Below, one piece after another: positions 10,161-21,331 of a stretch of 64,000 nucleotides of DNA (positions within the stretch are counted from its first letter, which is position 1; each line of letters starts with the position of its first letter). The position numbers and the translations under genes are program-made. This DNA comes from Cyanophora paradoxa CCMP329 (Eukaryota; Plantae; Glaucophyta): the NCBI GenBank assembly GCA_004431415.1, contig QPMI01000062.1, forward strand, positions 186,001-250,000, written 5' to 3'. Under the pieces are notes generated by a model. It saw only the letters and a list, made by a program, of their open reading frames with translations. It was not told the DNA's origin and ran no database searches.

Positions 10161-12822
10161 ACTGATTCACTGAGTCGAGCGGCTCTAGGGGGTCAGGCCT
10201 ACAGCTAGCCTGCGCCCTAGGGGGCCCTGGCGAGGCGATCGCCGCCAGGGGGACGTCGACGGCGCCCGAGCCTGCCGGGGGCCCCGCCCCAGCGGCAGTC
10301 GGTCCCCCCGGGGGCTGCAGCTCCTCCGCCGGCGCCGGCTGCCGCGTGGCTCAGATGGAGCGCGGTGCGGGGGCGGGGAACGGGGGCGGGCGGGGCGTAC
10401 GGAGACCGGGGCGGCGGCCTCGGGGAAGCGGGCGAGGCGCGCGAGGAGGCACGCCGCCAGCACCAGCCCTGCGCGCCGCCGCCTCAGCCCGACACGTGGG
10501 GCGAGGGAGCCGAGGGAGAGGGAGGGGCGGGCCGGCGTAGGCGAGGAGGGCGTCGGGGAGGGCGAGGGCGGGGGACTCGAAGAGCAGCGCCAGCAGCGCC
10601 GCCCCGAAGCTCCCCGCCGCCCCCACCAGGCCCCCCGCCGCCCCGCCCCGCCCCTCCCCGAACCTGCGTGCAGGTCAGACGCCGCGCGGGGTGCGGGCGG
10701 GGCGGGGCGGGGCGCGCAGGGGGATGATGCTATAGTTGCAGCCGCCGGAGCCGTGGTAGCAGACGGAGAGGAGCACCGCGAAGCACGCCGCCGCCTCCTG
10801 CGGGGCGCCTCCGCGGCAGGCACGGCGCGGGGCGGGGCGGAGGTGGGCGGACGATGGAGGGGGCGCGGGAGAGGGCGAGGAGGGAGGCCGCCGTGCCGAG
10901 CGTGTACCCCAGCAGGGCCGCTACCCGGCCCCGAGCCCCGAACCTGCGCCGGCGGTGCACGTGGGCGAGGGGCCGGGCGGAGGGCGGATGCAGAGGGAGA
11001 GAGAGGAGGGCACCGGCGGCCGGCGAGATCTCCGAGCTTGCCGCCGAGGGGCCGGGCCCAGAGGATCTGGGCCTGCCCCGCGAAGGCCAGCAGGCCGGCC
11101 AGCCGCACGTCCGCCCCGAAGCGCCGCCCGTACAGCTTCGGCATCGTCGCGTTCTGCCCCCGCCGTGCCCCTGGTGAGAGGGAAGGGGGGAAGGGACGGA
11201 GGGGGGTACGGGGACCATGGAGATGCCGGTGCCGGCGGCGGTGACGTAGAGCCCCGCGAGGGCCCACAGGCGCCGGTCCCGCAGCAGCGCCGCCCTCGAC
11301 GCCCCGCGCCCCCCCGCCCCCGCCTTCGCCCGGCCCGGCCCAACCCCGGCGGTGCTCACGCCGGTGGCCCCCGCCCTCACGGCGTGTCCCTTCGGAAGGT
11401 CCTGCGAAGGGGGGGGGTACGGGTTACAGGGGGGGTGGTAGACGGAGGGGATGCGGGGCGGGCGAGCCTGGGTGCAGGAGAGGAGGAGGCAGGCGGCGAG
11501 GAGGGCGAGGGCGGCGGGGAAGGCCACCGCCACGCGCCACGCGCGCTTTAGCGGCTGCGCGGCGGCGTCGACGTCGGCGGGGGCCCAGGCCCGGCGCCGG
11601 GCCCCGATGGGAGGGCGCACGAGGCCGGAGAGGGCGGAGGCGAGGTGCGCGATCTGCGGCATCACCAGCGCCGCCGCCGCTGCCGCCGGGTCAGCGGGGC
11701 GGGGCGGCTGCGGGGGCCGGGCGGGGGCGCGGGGACCGGCGCCGGTGCCGCCGACGCCGCCGGCGAGGCCGTTGGCCTGTCCGACGACGCCGCGCCCGAA
11801 GAAGGCCGACGTGTGCGCCAGGCCGCACGTGAAGGAGCCCCCGAGCCACGAGGTCAGGAACCTGCGGGGAGGTCAGGCCGGGGCGGAGCGGGGTCTGGGG
11901 CGGGGCGGGGCGGGGCGGGGCGGGCCGGCAGAGGACGAAGGACTCTGTGGAGGAGGCGGCGCCGACGAGGGCGACGGGGAGGGCGCAGGCGAGGAGCAGC
12001 GCGGCGTGCACGCGGCGCGGCCCGAGGCGGTCCGTCGCCGAGCCGAGGAGGAGGCTCCCCAGCGCTGCCCCGAGGATGCCCAGCGAGTCGGCGAGGCCGC
12101 GCACCGAGGGCGGCACGCCCACGTCCTCGTAAGCCAGGCTCAGCAGCGGCGAGAGCGAGAACCTGGCCCCGGAGCCGCCGCGTCAGGCGTCAGGTGAACC
12201 CCGGATCCGCAGGCCTGTAGGGCGCGCGGGGGGCGGGGCGGGCGAACCATGCGAACTGGCCACAGAATATGGCGAAGCACTCGACGTAGAAGACGCGCAT
12301 GTACGGGTCCAGGGGGGAGGCGAAGCGCAGCCGCCCCGCCTTGCCCTCCGCGTCCACCGGCACCGACCCCCGCCACGACGCCGTCCGCCGCAGCGGCACC
12401 CGCGCTGCAGCGCGGCACCCGTCTCCGACCCCGGGCCCGCGTGCCGCGGCCGCTGGCGCTGGCGCTGGCGCAGGCTCCGCGGCCGTCGGCAGCTTGGGCG
12501 TCCACGGGTGCTTCGAACGCGCAGAGGGCGGCAGCTGCAGCGGCTCCAGGCGGGGGGCGGCGCTCGAGGTCGAGCTGCTGCAGCTGGGCGCGGGCGCCAG
12601 GCTCGGGCTCGAGAGGCACGACGGGGCCCTCCCCAGGCTGGACGCCGGGCTGTCCGGCGCCTCATTCGTCTCAAAGAGACCTGAGAAAGCGACGATGACC
12701 GCCGGCGGCTGCCGGCCTCCCGGCGACGGGGTTGCGGTCAGGTTCCCGCCGACGTCGGAAGGCCCGTCCCGTTCGGCCGGTTCGGCCCGTCCGTCGGAAG
12801 GCCCGGTTCTGCGTGTCTCCAT
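10159..12822 (-). CDS. Divergent NRT2/NarK (nitrate-nitrite porter family) MFS transporter
   Basis: PYMRVFYVECFAIFCGQFAWF, GSATDRLGPRR, TSAFFGRGVVGQANGLAGG, LVMP, AWRVAVAFPA, ARPLGGKLGD, GLVGAAGSFG. The stop position is approximate. Confidence 0.75.
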
Positions 12823-13158
12823 GGTTGCGCGTACGCGTCGATGCGGCCGATCACCCGTTACGCTTCTGGTCACCGGCCGCGGCAGCAATTGCAAGCCGCG
12901 GAGCTTAGGTTCGGGCCGGGCTCTGGCGCATCCCTCGGGACTTCTGCTACTGTACTGGTGATTTCGTACCGTGTGAGTGCTGTGCAAGTATATGCCAAAC
13001 AGCTTCGCGCTGCGAAGCGCTCTGCATGCGGGGTACCGGGTGGAATTCCCTCGAAATCCGGCTCGGAATTCAACTCGGAAATTCCGCCTGGGCATGCAGA
13101 GCGAAGCTTGAAATGCAGGTACGGTGGGGGGCGCGGGGCACAGGAGGCGGGGCGGGCG

Positions 13159-14353
13159 CTAGACGATGGTGGAGGAGGGCGGCTCGGGGCCGGCCTGGGG
13201 GTTGCGGATGAGGACGCCCCCCTCGATGATGGCGGCGGGGCGGGCGGAGGGGGCGCCCCCCGAGAGGAGCTCGATGCCGGAGAGCCAGGGCGGGTTGGCG
13301 GTGACCTTGAGGGACCCCAGGCAGACGATCCCCGCCCACAGCGCGCACTGCGAGCCGCCGCCGCTCAGGCGCCGGGAGGGGCGGGAGGGGCCGGGGCGGA
13401 CGGACGTTGAGGGACCAGTAGTAGGGGAGGAGCCAGTCGAAGGCGCCCCAGCCGACGAGGAAGCCGACGAGGATGCCGGCGAGGTGGCCGATGAAGGAGG
13501 CCTGGGGGACGATGATGGAGGTGAAGATGAGGGAGGAGAAGGGCGCGAAGGAGACGGGCAGGTTCAGGTAGCCGAAGAACGACAGCGAGCCCGTCGGGTT
13601 CAGCACCGCCGCCACCGTCTGCCGCGGAAGGCTCCGCCGTGGGCGGGGGGCGGGGGGCGGGGGGAGGGGCGGGGCGGGGGGCACCATCCAGCCGAAGACG
13701 ACGGCAGAGTAGCCGACGGCGAAGACGCGGAGGTAGCGCGTCTGCCCGAAGGTCACGACCAGCACGTGGTACACCAGCAGCGTCACCAGGCTCGACCCGA
13801 AGAGCAGCGCCAGGCTGCCCCCCCGCGCGCCATCGCTCAGTTAGCTGCCGCGGCGCCCGGCGGGGCCTGGTCCCGGCCCGGGGCGCGCGGCGGCTCGCCT
13901 GAAGACGAGGTACGCGTAGAATCCGTAGTACTGCTCCACAAACCCCAGCGACCAGATGGAGGACATGTTGAAGACCTGCCCCGCCCGTCGGCCGCGGCGC
14001 GCCGAGCGCCCGCGCCGCTCGAGCAAGCGCACGAGATGCAAGAAGCTGATGTGCGTCATCGCGGACGAGACCATCCGCCACCAGTGGCCCTGCAGGATGC
14101 CTGCGTGGCCGCGCGTGAGCACCGGGCCGGCGCTTTGCTGCGTCCGGGACGTATGCACGTTCGTAGTTCAGCCCCGCGTGGTCGTAGTCCTGCCGGTACA
14201 ATCAGCGCCTGGGATCGGACGCGCAAGCGGCGGGTCGGGCACCAGTCCACATGTTCGGCCCCACAGCCAGATCCCGCTACATGCCGCGACTACCAGTGTG
14301 GTTGCTGGCCGTCCGAACATCTCGTAGATGATCCCATTCGTCCCCGTCCCCAT
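13159..14353 (-). CDS. RBL13: Rhomboid-like intramembrane serine protease (plant RBL13-like)
   Basis: WWR...[27 protein letters not shown] (catalytic Ser), [30 protein letters not shown] (catalytic His). Confidence 0.9.
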
Positions 14354-14668
14354 TGTTCGCGGGCGCGACCCGCGCGGCCTCGGCTAAGCTCGCTGTCGGT
14401 CGGAAGGCTCGCAGCGGCTTCGCGGTGTTGAGTTCAGTCAAATGCGCTGAATGCTAGCTAGACCGTCCGGCTGGATGAAGGCGAAATGCTGGCAGGGGGG
14501 ATACGCGTTGTTTGGCGGCTTGCACTGATCGGGCATATGCATGCAGCCGGCGCCAGGCTGGAATAAGTACCGATCGGGTAAAGACCGTGACACTTCGACG
14601 TGATATATTACATGCACCGCAACTCGTTCCGAGTCGCACAGCTAAAGCGCGCGAAGCGCGCGGCCGCG

Positions 14669-16152
14669 CTACCCTCGCAGCGGCGCCGGAGCCGCGCGCA
14701 CATGCGGGGATTGGAGGCAAGGGCGCAACGCCGGCTTCGAGGATGAGAGCGAGGGGCGGGCGGGGGCGGGCGGGGGCGGGCGCCGCGGGCCGGCGCCGGG
14801 CTCAGGCGGGGAGGGGCGGCGGGCGGCGGTCCAGAGGACGGGGGCGTCGCAGGCGACGCGGACGGAGGGCGCCACGATGGCGTTCGACGAGGAGAGGAAA
14901 CTCCCCATCTCCAGCGGCTTCGACGCGTCTGCCGCCCCGTCACCCCGGCGCCGGGCGGGCCGGGCGGGCCGGGCGGGGGGCGCGGGGGGCGCAACGCAGG
15001 TCCCACTGGAGCCCCGAGGTCGTCACGTGCGCGACGCCGCCGAGCGCCGCGATGCCTGCGGGGCCCTCTCTCACGGCCCCGCCCCGGCCCGGGCGCGGGC
15101 GCGGGCGGGGCGCGGGGGCGGCGGGCACCGCAGCGGGGCCCCTCGGCGTCGGGGCGGATGGGGAGGACGTGGTCGCCCGCCGGGAGGATCGCCGCCACCG
15201 AGCGCTCCCCAGCAGCGCCACCCGCACCCGGCCCCCGCTCCCCTCTGCGCCGCGCGACCGATCCGGGGGCCGCCGGGGCGCGCGCGCGGGCGCGGGGCGG
15301 CGGGGGCGCACGGACGAGGGCCTGGACGTCGCCGAGGACGCTGAGCTCGTGGTCGAAGCGGGACTCGAGCGCCCCCAGCACCACGCAGAAGATCCGCTCC
15401 TGCAGGCGGCCGCGTCGGGCGGCTCCGGGGCGGGGCGGGGCGGGGCGGGGCGACTGGGGGCGCGGGCACCTCGCTGGTGCCCGTCTCGTGGAGCCAGTGC
15501 TTGACGAGGGCCGTCATCTTCTGGAACGAGGTCGTGTCCTTGTTCTGCGGCGGCGATCGGCCTCCCGGCGCCGGGACGCATCCGCACGATGACGGCACCT
15601 GGTCCTCGACGATGGGGACCTCCTGCTCGCGGTAGAAGCGAGCGACCTCGGGCCGGATCAGCTCGTGGTCGCCCTTGATGTACGTAGGCAGGTGGCTGCG
15701 CAACAGGGACGAGCGGCCACTTGCAAAGAGCTCGTGGCCGCGAAGTACGTGGCTGGGCGCAGGCACCGGCGGCGCTCCTCATCGTTTGCGAGCGTGTCGT
15801 AGAGGCGGTTCGCCGCGCACCTGCGAGCGTCCATTCAAAACGAGGCGCACCTTCAATCGACACCAGATTCAAAGTGTGCGCAGACGTTGCGCGCCGCGTG
15901 CGCGCAGAGCGATGCGCCACGGCAGGCGAACCCTTCGACGGCAAAGAAATGAGCGCGCGAAATGAGCTCGCGGAATCCGGAGGGGAAATCGCCGTTCAGG
16001 AGCACCACCACGAGTTGCTGCGCGAGTGGGCGTCAGGCGAGAGGCAAACTCGAGCCGCGGCGCACAGATGTGCGAACCTCGGGCTTCCCGTCGGACAGCA
16101 GGGGAGTGCGTAGTTCCGTCAGGTAGGAGAAGACGTCGCCGGCGCGCGCCAT
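14669..16152 (-). CDS. Thiamine pyrophosphokinase-like protein with divergent active-site motifs
   Basis: Spliced sequence: MARAG...VVLLN...EGCAANRLYD...IKGDHELIRPEVARFY...DTTSFQK...LGALESRFDH...EGPRCG...TTSGLQWDL...LSSSN...DAPVLWT. The motifs follow the TPK1 order. The 3' end is approximate. Confidence 0.8.
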
Positions 16153-16487
16153 CGCTCGTTTCGGATTGGCGAATTTGAGGAGCGCGAATTCTGTACTCGT
16201 CCGCAGATAGATCCCCCAGTGAGGACTTGCGCGAAATTGAATCCCCGGGGGGACATTCGCTGATGTTCCCGGGGCCGAGCCGGGGCTTCATGGCTCGCAA
16301 AACCAGCAAAACCAGTTCAAACAAATTCTAATCATTGAATGACTAAAAATGCGTTACTAATATAAGCTAGAAATGCGTTACTAAGCTAGAAAAAGTGACG
16401 AAAGAAGCGAGCTGCATGCGAGCTGGCATCGTGTGCAGACGAGCATGCGCAGGCCGGCGGGGCCGGCGGGGGCGGCGGGCCAGGGGC

Positions 16488-19400
16488 CTACTCCTCGGGG
16501 AAGGGCCGGCCGGCGAGGGCGGCGAGGAGGGCGGGGACGTCGGCCCGCTCGAGGCGCGCCGTCGCCCCGTGGCGCCCCGCCTGCTTCAGCCCCACCCCCA
16601 GCACCGCCCTGCCCACGCCCGGGGCCCGTCAGGGGGCCACCAGGCGGGGCGGGGCGGGGCGGGGCGGACGTGAGGGCGGGGACGCAGGGGAGCGGGGGCG
16701 TGAGGGGTCGTGCGGGGCCGGCGTCCCGCCGGCCCGGGCGAGGGCGCCTCCGCCCACCCGCACCGCTCCAGCTCCGGGTAGCTCTGATACGGCCGTCGGG
16801 CGGGGCGGGGCGGGGAGGCCAGCGAGCTCGAGGCGCCGCGGCCGGCGGGGGCGAGGGCAGCGCACCACGAGCTCCTCGGGGTCGACCTCGGAGGGGGGCG
16901 GGGCCCCGCGGCGGCGGCGGCGGCCCCGCCGGGGGGCGGGGTTGAGGGCGAGGGCCGCGACGGCGGCTTCGAGGGCGGCGGGCGGGGCGGGGCCCCGCGA
17001 GCCCCCCGCGTCGGGGCTCGTCAGCGAGGCGGCGCCCTCCGCCGAGTCGGCGCTCCGCTCGCGGCCGACGACGGCGGCGGCGGGGGCGCGGGGGTGGCCA
17101 TGGCCGGCGGCCTGCGAGGCGGCGGCGCCGGCCAGGCAGGCGAAGAGATCGCCCTCGCCGGCCCCGAGGCACACGACGACGTCCACAGGCGGCCCCCCGC
17201 ACCTGCCGCCCACCGCTGAGCGGGGCGCGGCGGGCATGGGGCGGGGCAAAGCTGCGGGGGTCACCGGAGGCCGCAGAGCTCGCCGAGGAGGTGCCGCACG
17301 AGCGCGCCGTGCCGCAGCGCCCGCGGCCGCAGCTCCAGCGACCGCTCCGTCCGCAGCTGCGCGCCGCCCGGCGGAGCTCAGGGCGAGCAGGCCGGAGGGG
17401 GGCGGGAGGGACGGACGAGCTCGCAGGGCCCGACGGCGAGGGACTCGACGAGGGCGGCCTGCACGCGCCCCGCCTGCCAGAAGGCGAGGCCGGCGTCGGG
17501 GGCGCCTCCGAAGTGCCACGAGACCGAGTAGCGCCCCCGCCGGATGTGCGAGCCCGGCACCGCCCCCGAGGCCGCCTGCACGTGCCCCAGCACCGACTCG
17601 TGCAGGTCCGCCCCCGGCGGCTCGCACAGCCGCCGCCACTCCCGCTCGCCCCTGCACCGTGCGCCCGTAAGCGAGCGCGGGGCGGACGGGCGGGCGAGCG
17701 GGCGCGCGCACCCGTCCGGGGGCGGCCAGGAGAATTCGGCGCCGGTCTCGGCGGCGAGGCCGATGCCGGGGACGGACTCAAAAGCCGCCTCGACCTCGGC
17801 GCGGGGCCGCCGCGAGACGGCGACGACGGCGCTCGCCGGGCCCCGCGCCCCCGCGCACAGCGCGGCCAGCGAGGCCGCCACGCCCCGCCCGGGCGCCCGC
17901 AGCGGCCCCGCCTCCTCCTCCCTGCCCCCGCCCCGTGAGACGAGCCGAGGTCGAGGGCGGGCCGGCGCTGGGCGGGGCGGACGCGAGGCCGAGGCCGCGG
18001 TCCGCGTCGATCACGAGGAGGCGGCCGCGCGCCCCCTGCGCCCCCGCGAGTCGGCCAAGGGCGGGCGGGGGCGGCGCGGGAGGGCGCACGGGGTCGCGGT
18101 AGGCGGCGGCGAGCTCGTCGATGGCGACGGGCGGCAGCGGGCGCTCGGCCGCCGCCCGCGCCGCCCGGTTCGCGTCCGAGGCGGCCCGCAGCTGCCCCAG
18201 CAGCGCCCGCCGCCACGCCCCCGCCGTGTGCTGCCGCCCCCGCCTGAGCGGCAGGGCTGGAGCGGGGCGGGGCGGGGCCGGGGCGGACGGCGGCGACGTA
18301 GCGGGCGGAGGCGTCGGCGCGGGCGCGGCGCTCGTGGTCGGGCATGGCGAGGGCGCGCTCGAGGGCGGCGCAGACCATCGGGACGTCCCACGGGTTCACC
18401 CGCAGCGCCTCCGACAGCAGCTTCGCCGCCCCCGCTGCCCGGCGAGGCGGCGCCGCTCGAGGCGAGGCACGGAGGGCGCGGGCGGGGCGGGGCGGGCGGA
18501 CCGAACTCGGAGAGGACGAGGACGCCGGCGCCGCCGCCGGCGTGCGCGGCGGCGAACTCGAGGGCGAGGAGGCCCAGGCCGTCCCGCACGGGCGTCGCCA
18601 GGCAGACGTCGGCGGCCGCCAGCAGCGCCACCAGCTCCCCGAACTCCGCCGGCGCCGCCGCGTGGTGCACCGGCCGCCACACCAGCGTCCCGTACCTGCA
18701 AGGGGGGAGCGCGCTCGGCCAGGGGCGGGGCGCGGGGCGAGGCGCGCGCGGCTTGAGGCTCGCCTGGCGTTGATGTCGGCGATGCGGCCGTGGACCTGCG
18801 CGTGGCGGGGTTAGGCGGAGGCGGGGCGGAGGCGGGGGGTACCAGCGCGCCTCGGCCTTCATCTCGGAGTGGCCAGGACCGCCCAGGAGCGAGGGCCGCA
18901 GCACCTGCAGCAGCGTCACCTGCCCGGGCGTGAGATGAGCCGCCGGGGCGCGAGGGGCGGGGCGGGCGGGGCGGGGCGGGCGGGCCCGCTCGCGGAGGTC
19001 GGGGCGCTCGCGGAGGAGGCGCTCGAAGGCGGAGAGCTTGAGGAGGAGGCCGGCCTGCGGGTCCAGGCGGTCGACGCCCACCACCAGCGCCCGCCCCGCC
19101 TCCTGCCCCCGCACCGCCGCCACCCGCTCCCGCACCTGCCGCCCCCGCCCCGCCGCTCGCGCGAGGAGCCGCCGCGCGGCGGGCGGGCGGGGGGCGGGGC
19201 GGCGCGCGGCGGGGGAGGCGAGGGCGCGCTGGATGTGGTCCGGGCGGATCCCCATCGGCTCGGCCGAGACCTGCCGGCGGGGCCGTCGGCGCCGCGCGGG
19301 GCCGGGGGCACGGCGGCGGACGGGCCTGCGCGGTGTGCGCCTCGTCCACCTCGACGCCGTGCGGCCCCGAGGCGACCCCTGCGCCCCGCCCGGTGAGGCG

Positions 19401-20905
19401 CGCCGGGGGGCGCCGGACGGGGCGGGGGCGCGGGGCGGGCCGAGGGCGATGGAGGCGGCGGCGGCGAAGTGGCGGCAGTACTCCGCGTCCTGGAAGGCCA
19501 CCTGGTCCGCGTGGCACTGCCCCCGCGTCAGCGCCGGCGGCCGGGGGCGGCGCGGGCGGGGCGGGCGGGGCGGGCCATGGCGTGGAGGACGGCGGCGCGG
19601 GCGGGGAAGGCGTGGAAGAGCTGCGGTGCGGCGGTGAGGCGGGGCGGGCCGGCGCGGCCCCGGGCCCCGGGCCCCGGAGGCGCCTCGGGGTCGGGCCAGG
19701 GGGTGTGGACGAAGAGGCCGACGGGGGCGCCCCGGGGCAGCAGCCGCCGCAGGTACATCGGCGCCAGCAGCAGGTGGTAGTCGTGCACTGCCGGGCAGCA
19801 CGAGGGACTTCAGCGAAGACAGCGAGCCGACAGGAGGCGGAGGGGCGGGCCCCAGAGGCAGTCGCCCTCGCGGTAGATCTTGGCGGCGACCTCCGCGGCG
19901 AGGCGGTTGACCGCCTGGTAGGCCTCCCAGTGGGCCCGCTCGAAGCGGGGCACGCCCCAGTGGGCCCCCGGGCCGGCGTAGTGCAGCAGCGGCCAGAGCG
20001 CGCCGCTGCAGAAGCCGTCGTAGTAGTCCCGCGCCGTCCGCTCGTTGAGGAAGAGCGGCACGCAGGAGCACTGCAGCCGGCGGCGCTGATCAGCTGCGCG
20101 CGAAACGGAGGCGCGGCGCGCGGCGGGCAGCGGGAGGGCGGGCCTCGGAGATGAGCATCTCGCGGAGGGCCTCCTGCTCGGGGGCGGGGACGTGCAGCGG
20201 GCCCGTCCACCCGACGAAGACGACGGGGAGGCTCTTCGAGAGGCCCGAGAGCGCCATCGAGAGGTCCCGGTTCAGCTGCGCGAAGGGGCGCCGCGGCGGC
20301 GCGTCGGCTGGCGCCGGCCGGTTTCCGAAAGAACGACGGGCGCACCGCCATCTCAGCGCGCCACGAGTTCGTGATGGAGTCCTGCGCGCGGCCGCGTCGG
20401 GCCGGGCGGCGGCGCGAGCGCGCGCGTGCGAAGCGGCGACCGCGGCGCCAAGGGGTGGCCGCACCATGGATACGTTCACAGGAATGCGGTTGGAGAGCAC
20501 GATGACGCGCCGGAAGGGAATCTTCTCGCGGCCCGCGGCTGCCTCGCTCGCGCTGGAGGCGGCCTGCTCGGGCGCCCGCGGCGCCCTGCCGTGCTCCTTC
20601 TGCTCGATGATCTGCCGCTGCACGGACTTGATCTGTCGCATGAGCTCCCGCTCCATCTGCGATGCTGGCATCCAGCCGGCGCCCTCCGCTGACGAGCGCC
20701 TCGAGGGAAGCGCCTGTGATCCTGCGAGCCGAAGGGACGCGCCCAGACGAAGGTCAGATGCGCTTCCAGAGCGAGGCAGGGGCGGGAAGCGACAAGCACC
20801 GAGATCCAGGGAGGAAGGGCGGCGCCCCATGAGCGACGCGCGCCGGGTCGGGGTGCTCGGCAAGCTGTCCGTGCCGAGGCTGATCGAGGAGCGCGACGAA
20901 CGCAT
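16488..20905 (-). CDS. Trehalose-6-phosphate synthase/phosphatase (GT20 + HAD) family protein, degenerate motifs
   Basis: SNRIP, FVGWTG, YYDGFCSGALWPLLHY, WEAYQAVN, HDYHLLLAP, HTPWP, GVDRLD, ADVCLATPVRDG, LVLSEF, VNPWD, followed by a TPP-like domain (IGLAAETG, VSWHF). Confidence 0.9.
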
Positions 20906-21331
20906 CGGGCTCGAACTGCAAGACGGCGAGTAAAGCGACGCGAATACATGCAGGCCGCAGCAGCCGGAGCGGCGCTCAAGCGCTGAACCCAGTCGAACGC
21001 GTACAACCGTCGAGCGCGCCCCGCGCATCGTTAAGCGGTTGAAGAAAGCAGTCTAGAATCGCGGGAAGCCGCTGTATCGAGCGCGCAGGGCGGGGCAGCG
21101 GATCTATGGCACAGCGCCGCCCGAAGCAGCACGAAGGGCCTGACGCACGGCCCGCTTGTCGTTTCCGGTGGCATTGTGAACGCAGCAAGGCGGCTCGGCC
21201 TCGGGGAAGCCGGAAAGTCGCCTTCCGAGGCCATCTTTCGTCTGGCCAGGGGTACCGAAGCTTAACGCAGCGCTGCGGAGCTCAGGCGCCCGTGACTGAT
21301 CGGTACAGTGACAAGCATCATCAGCAGTCAA

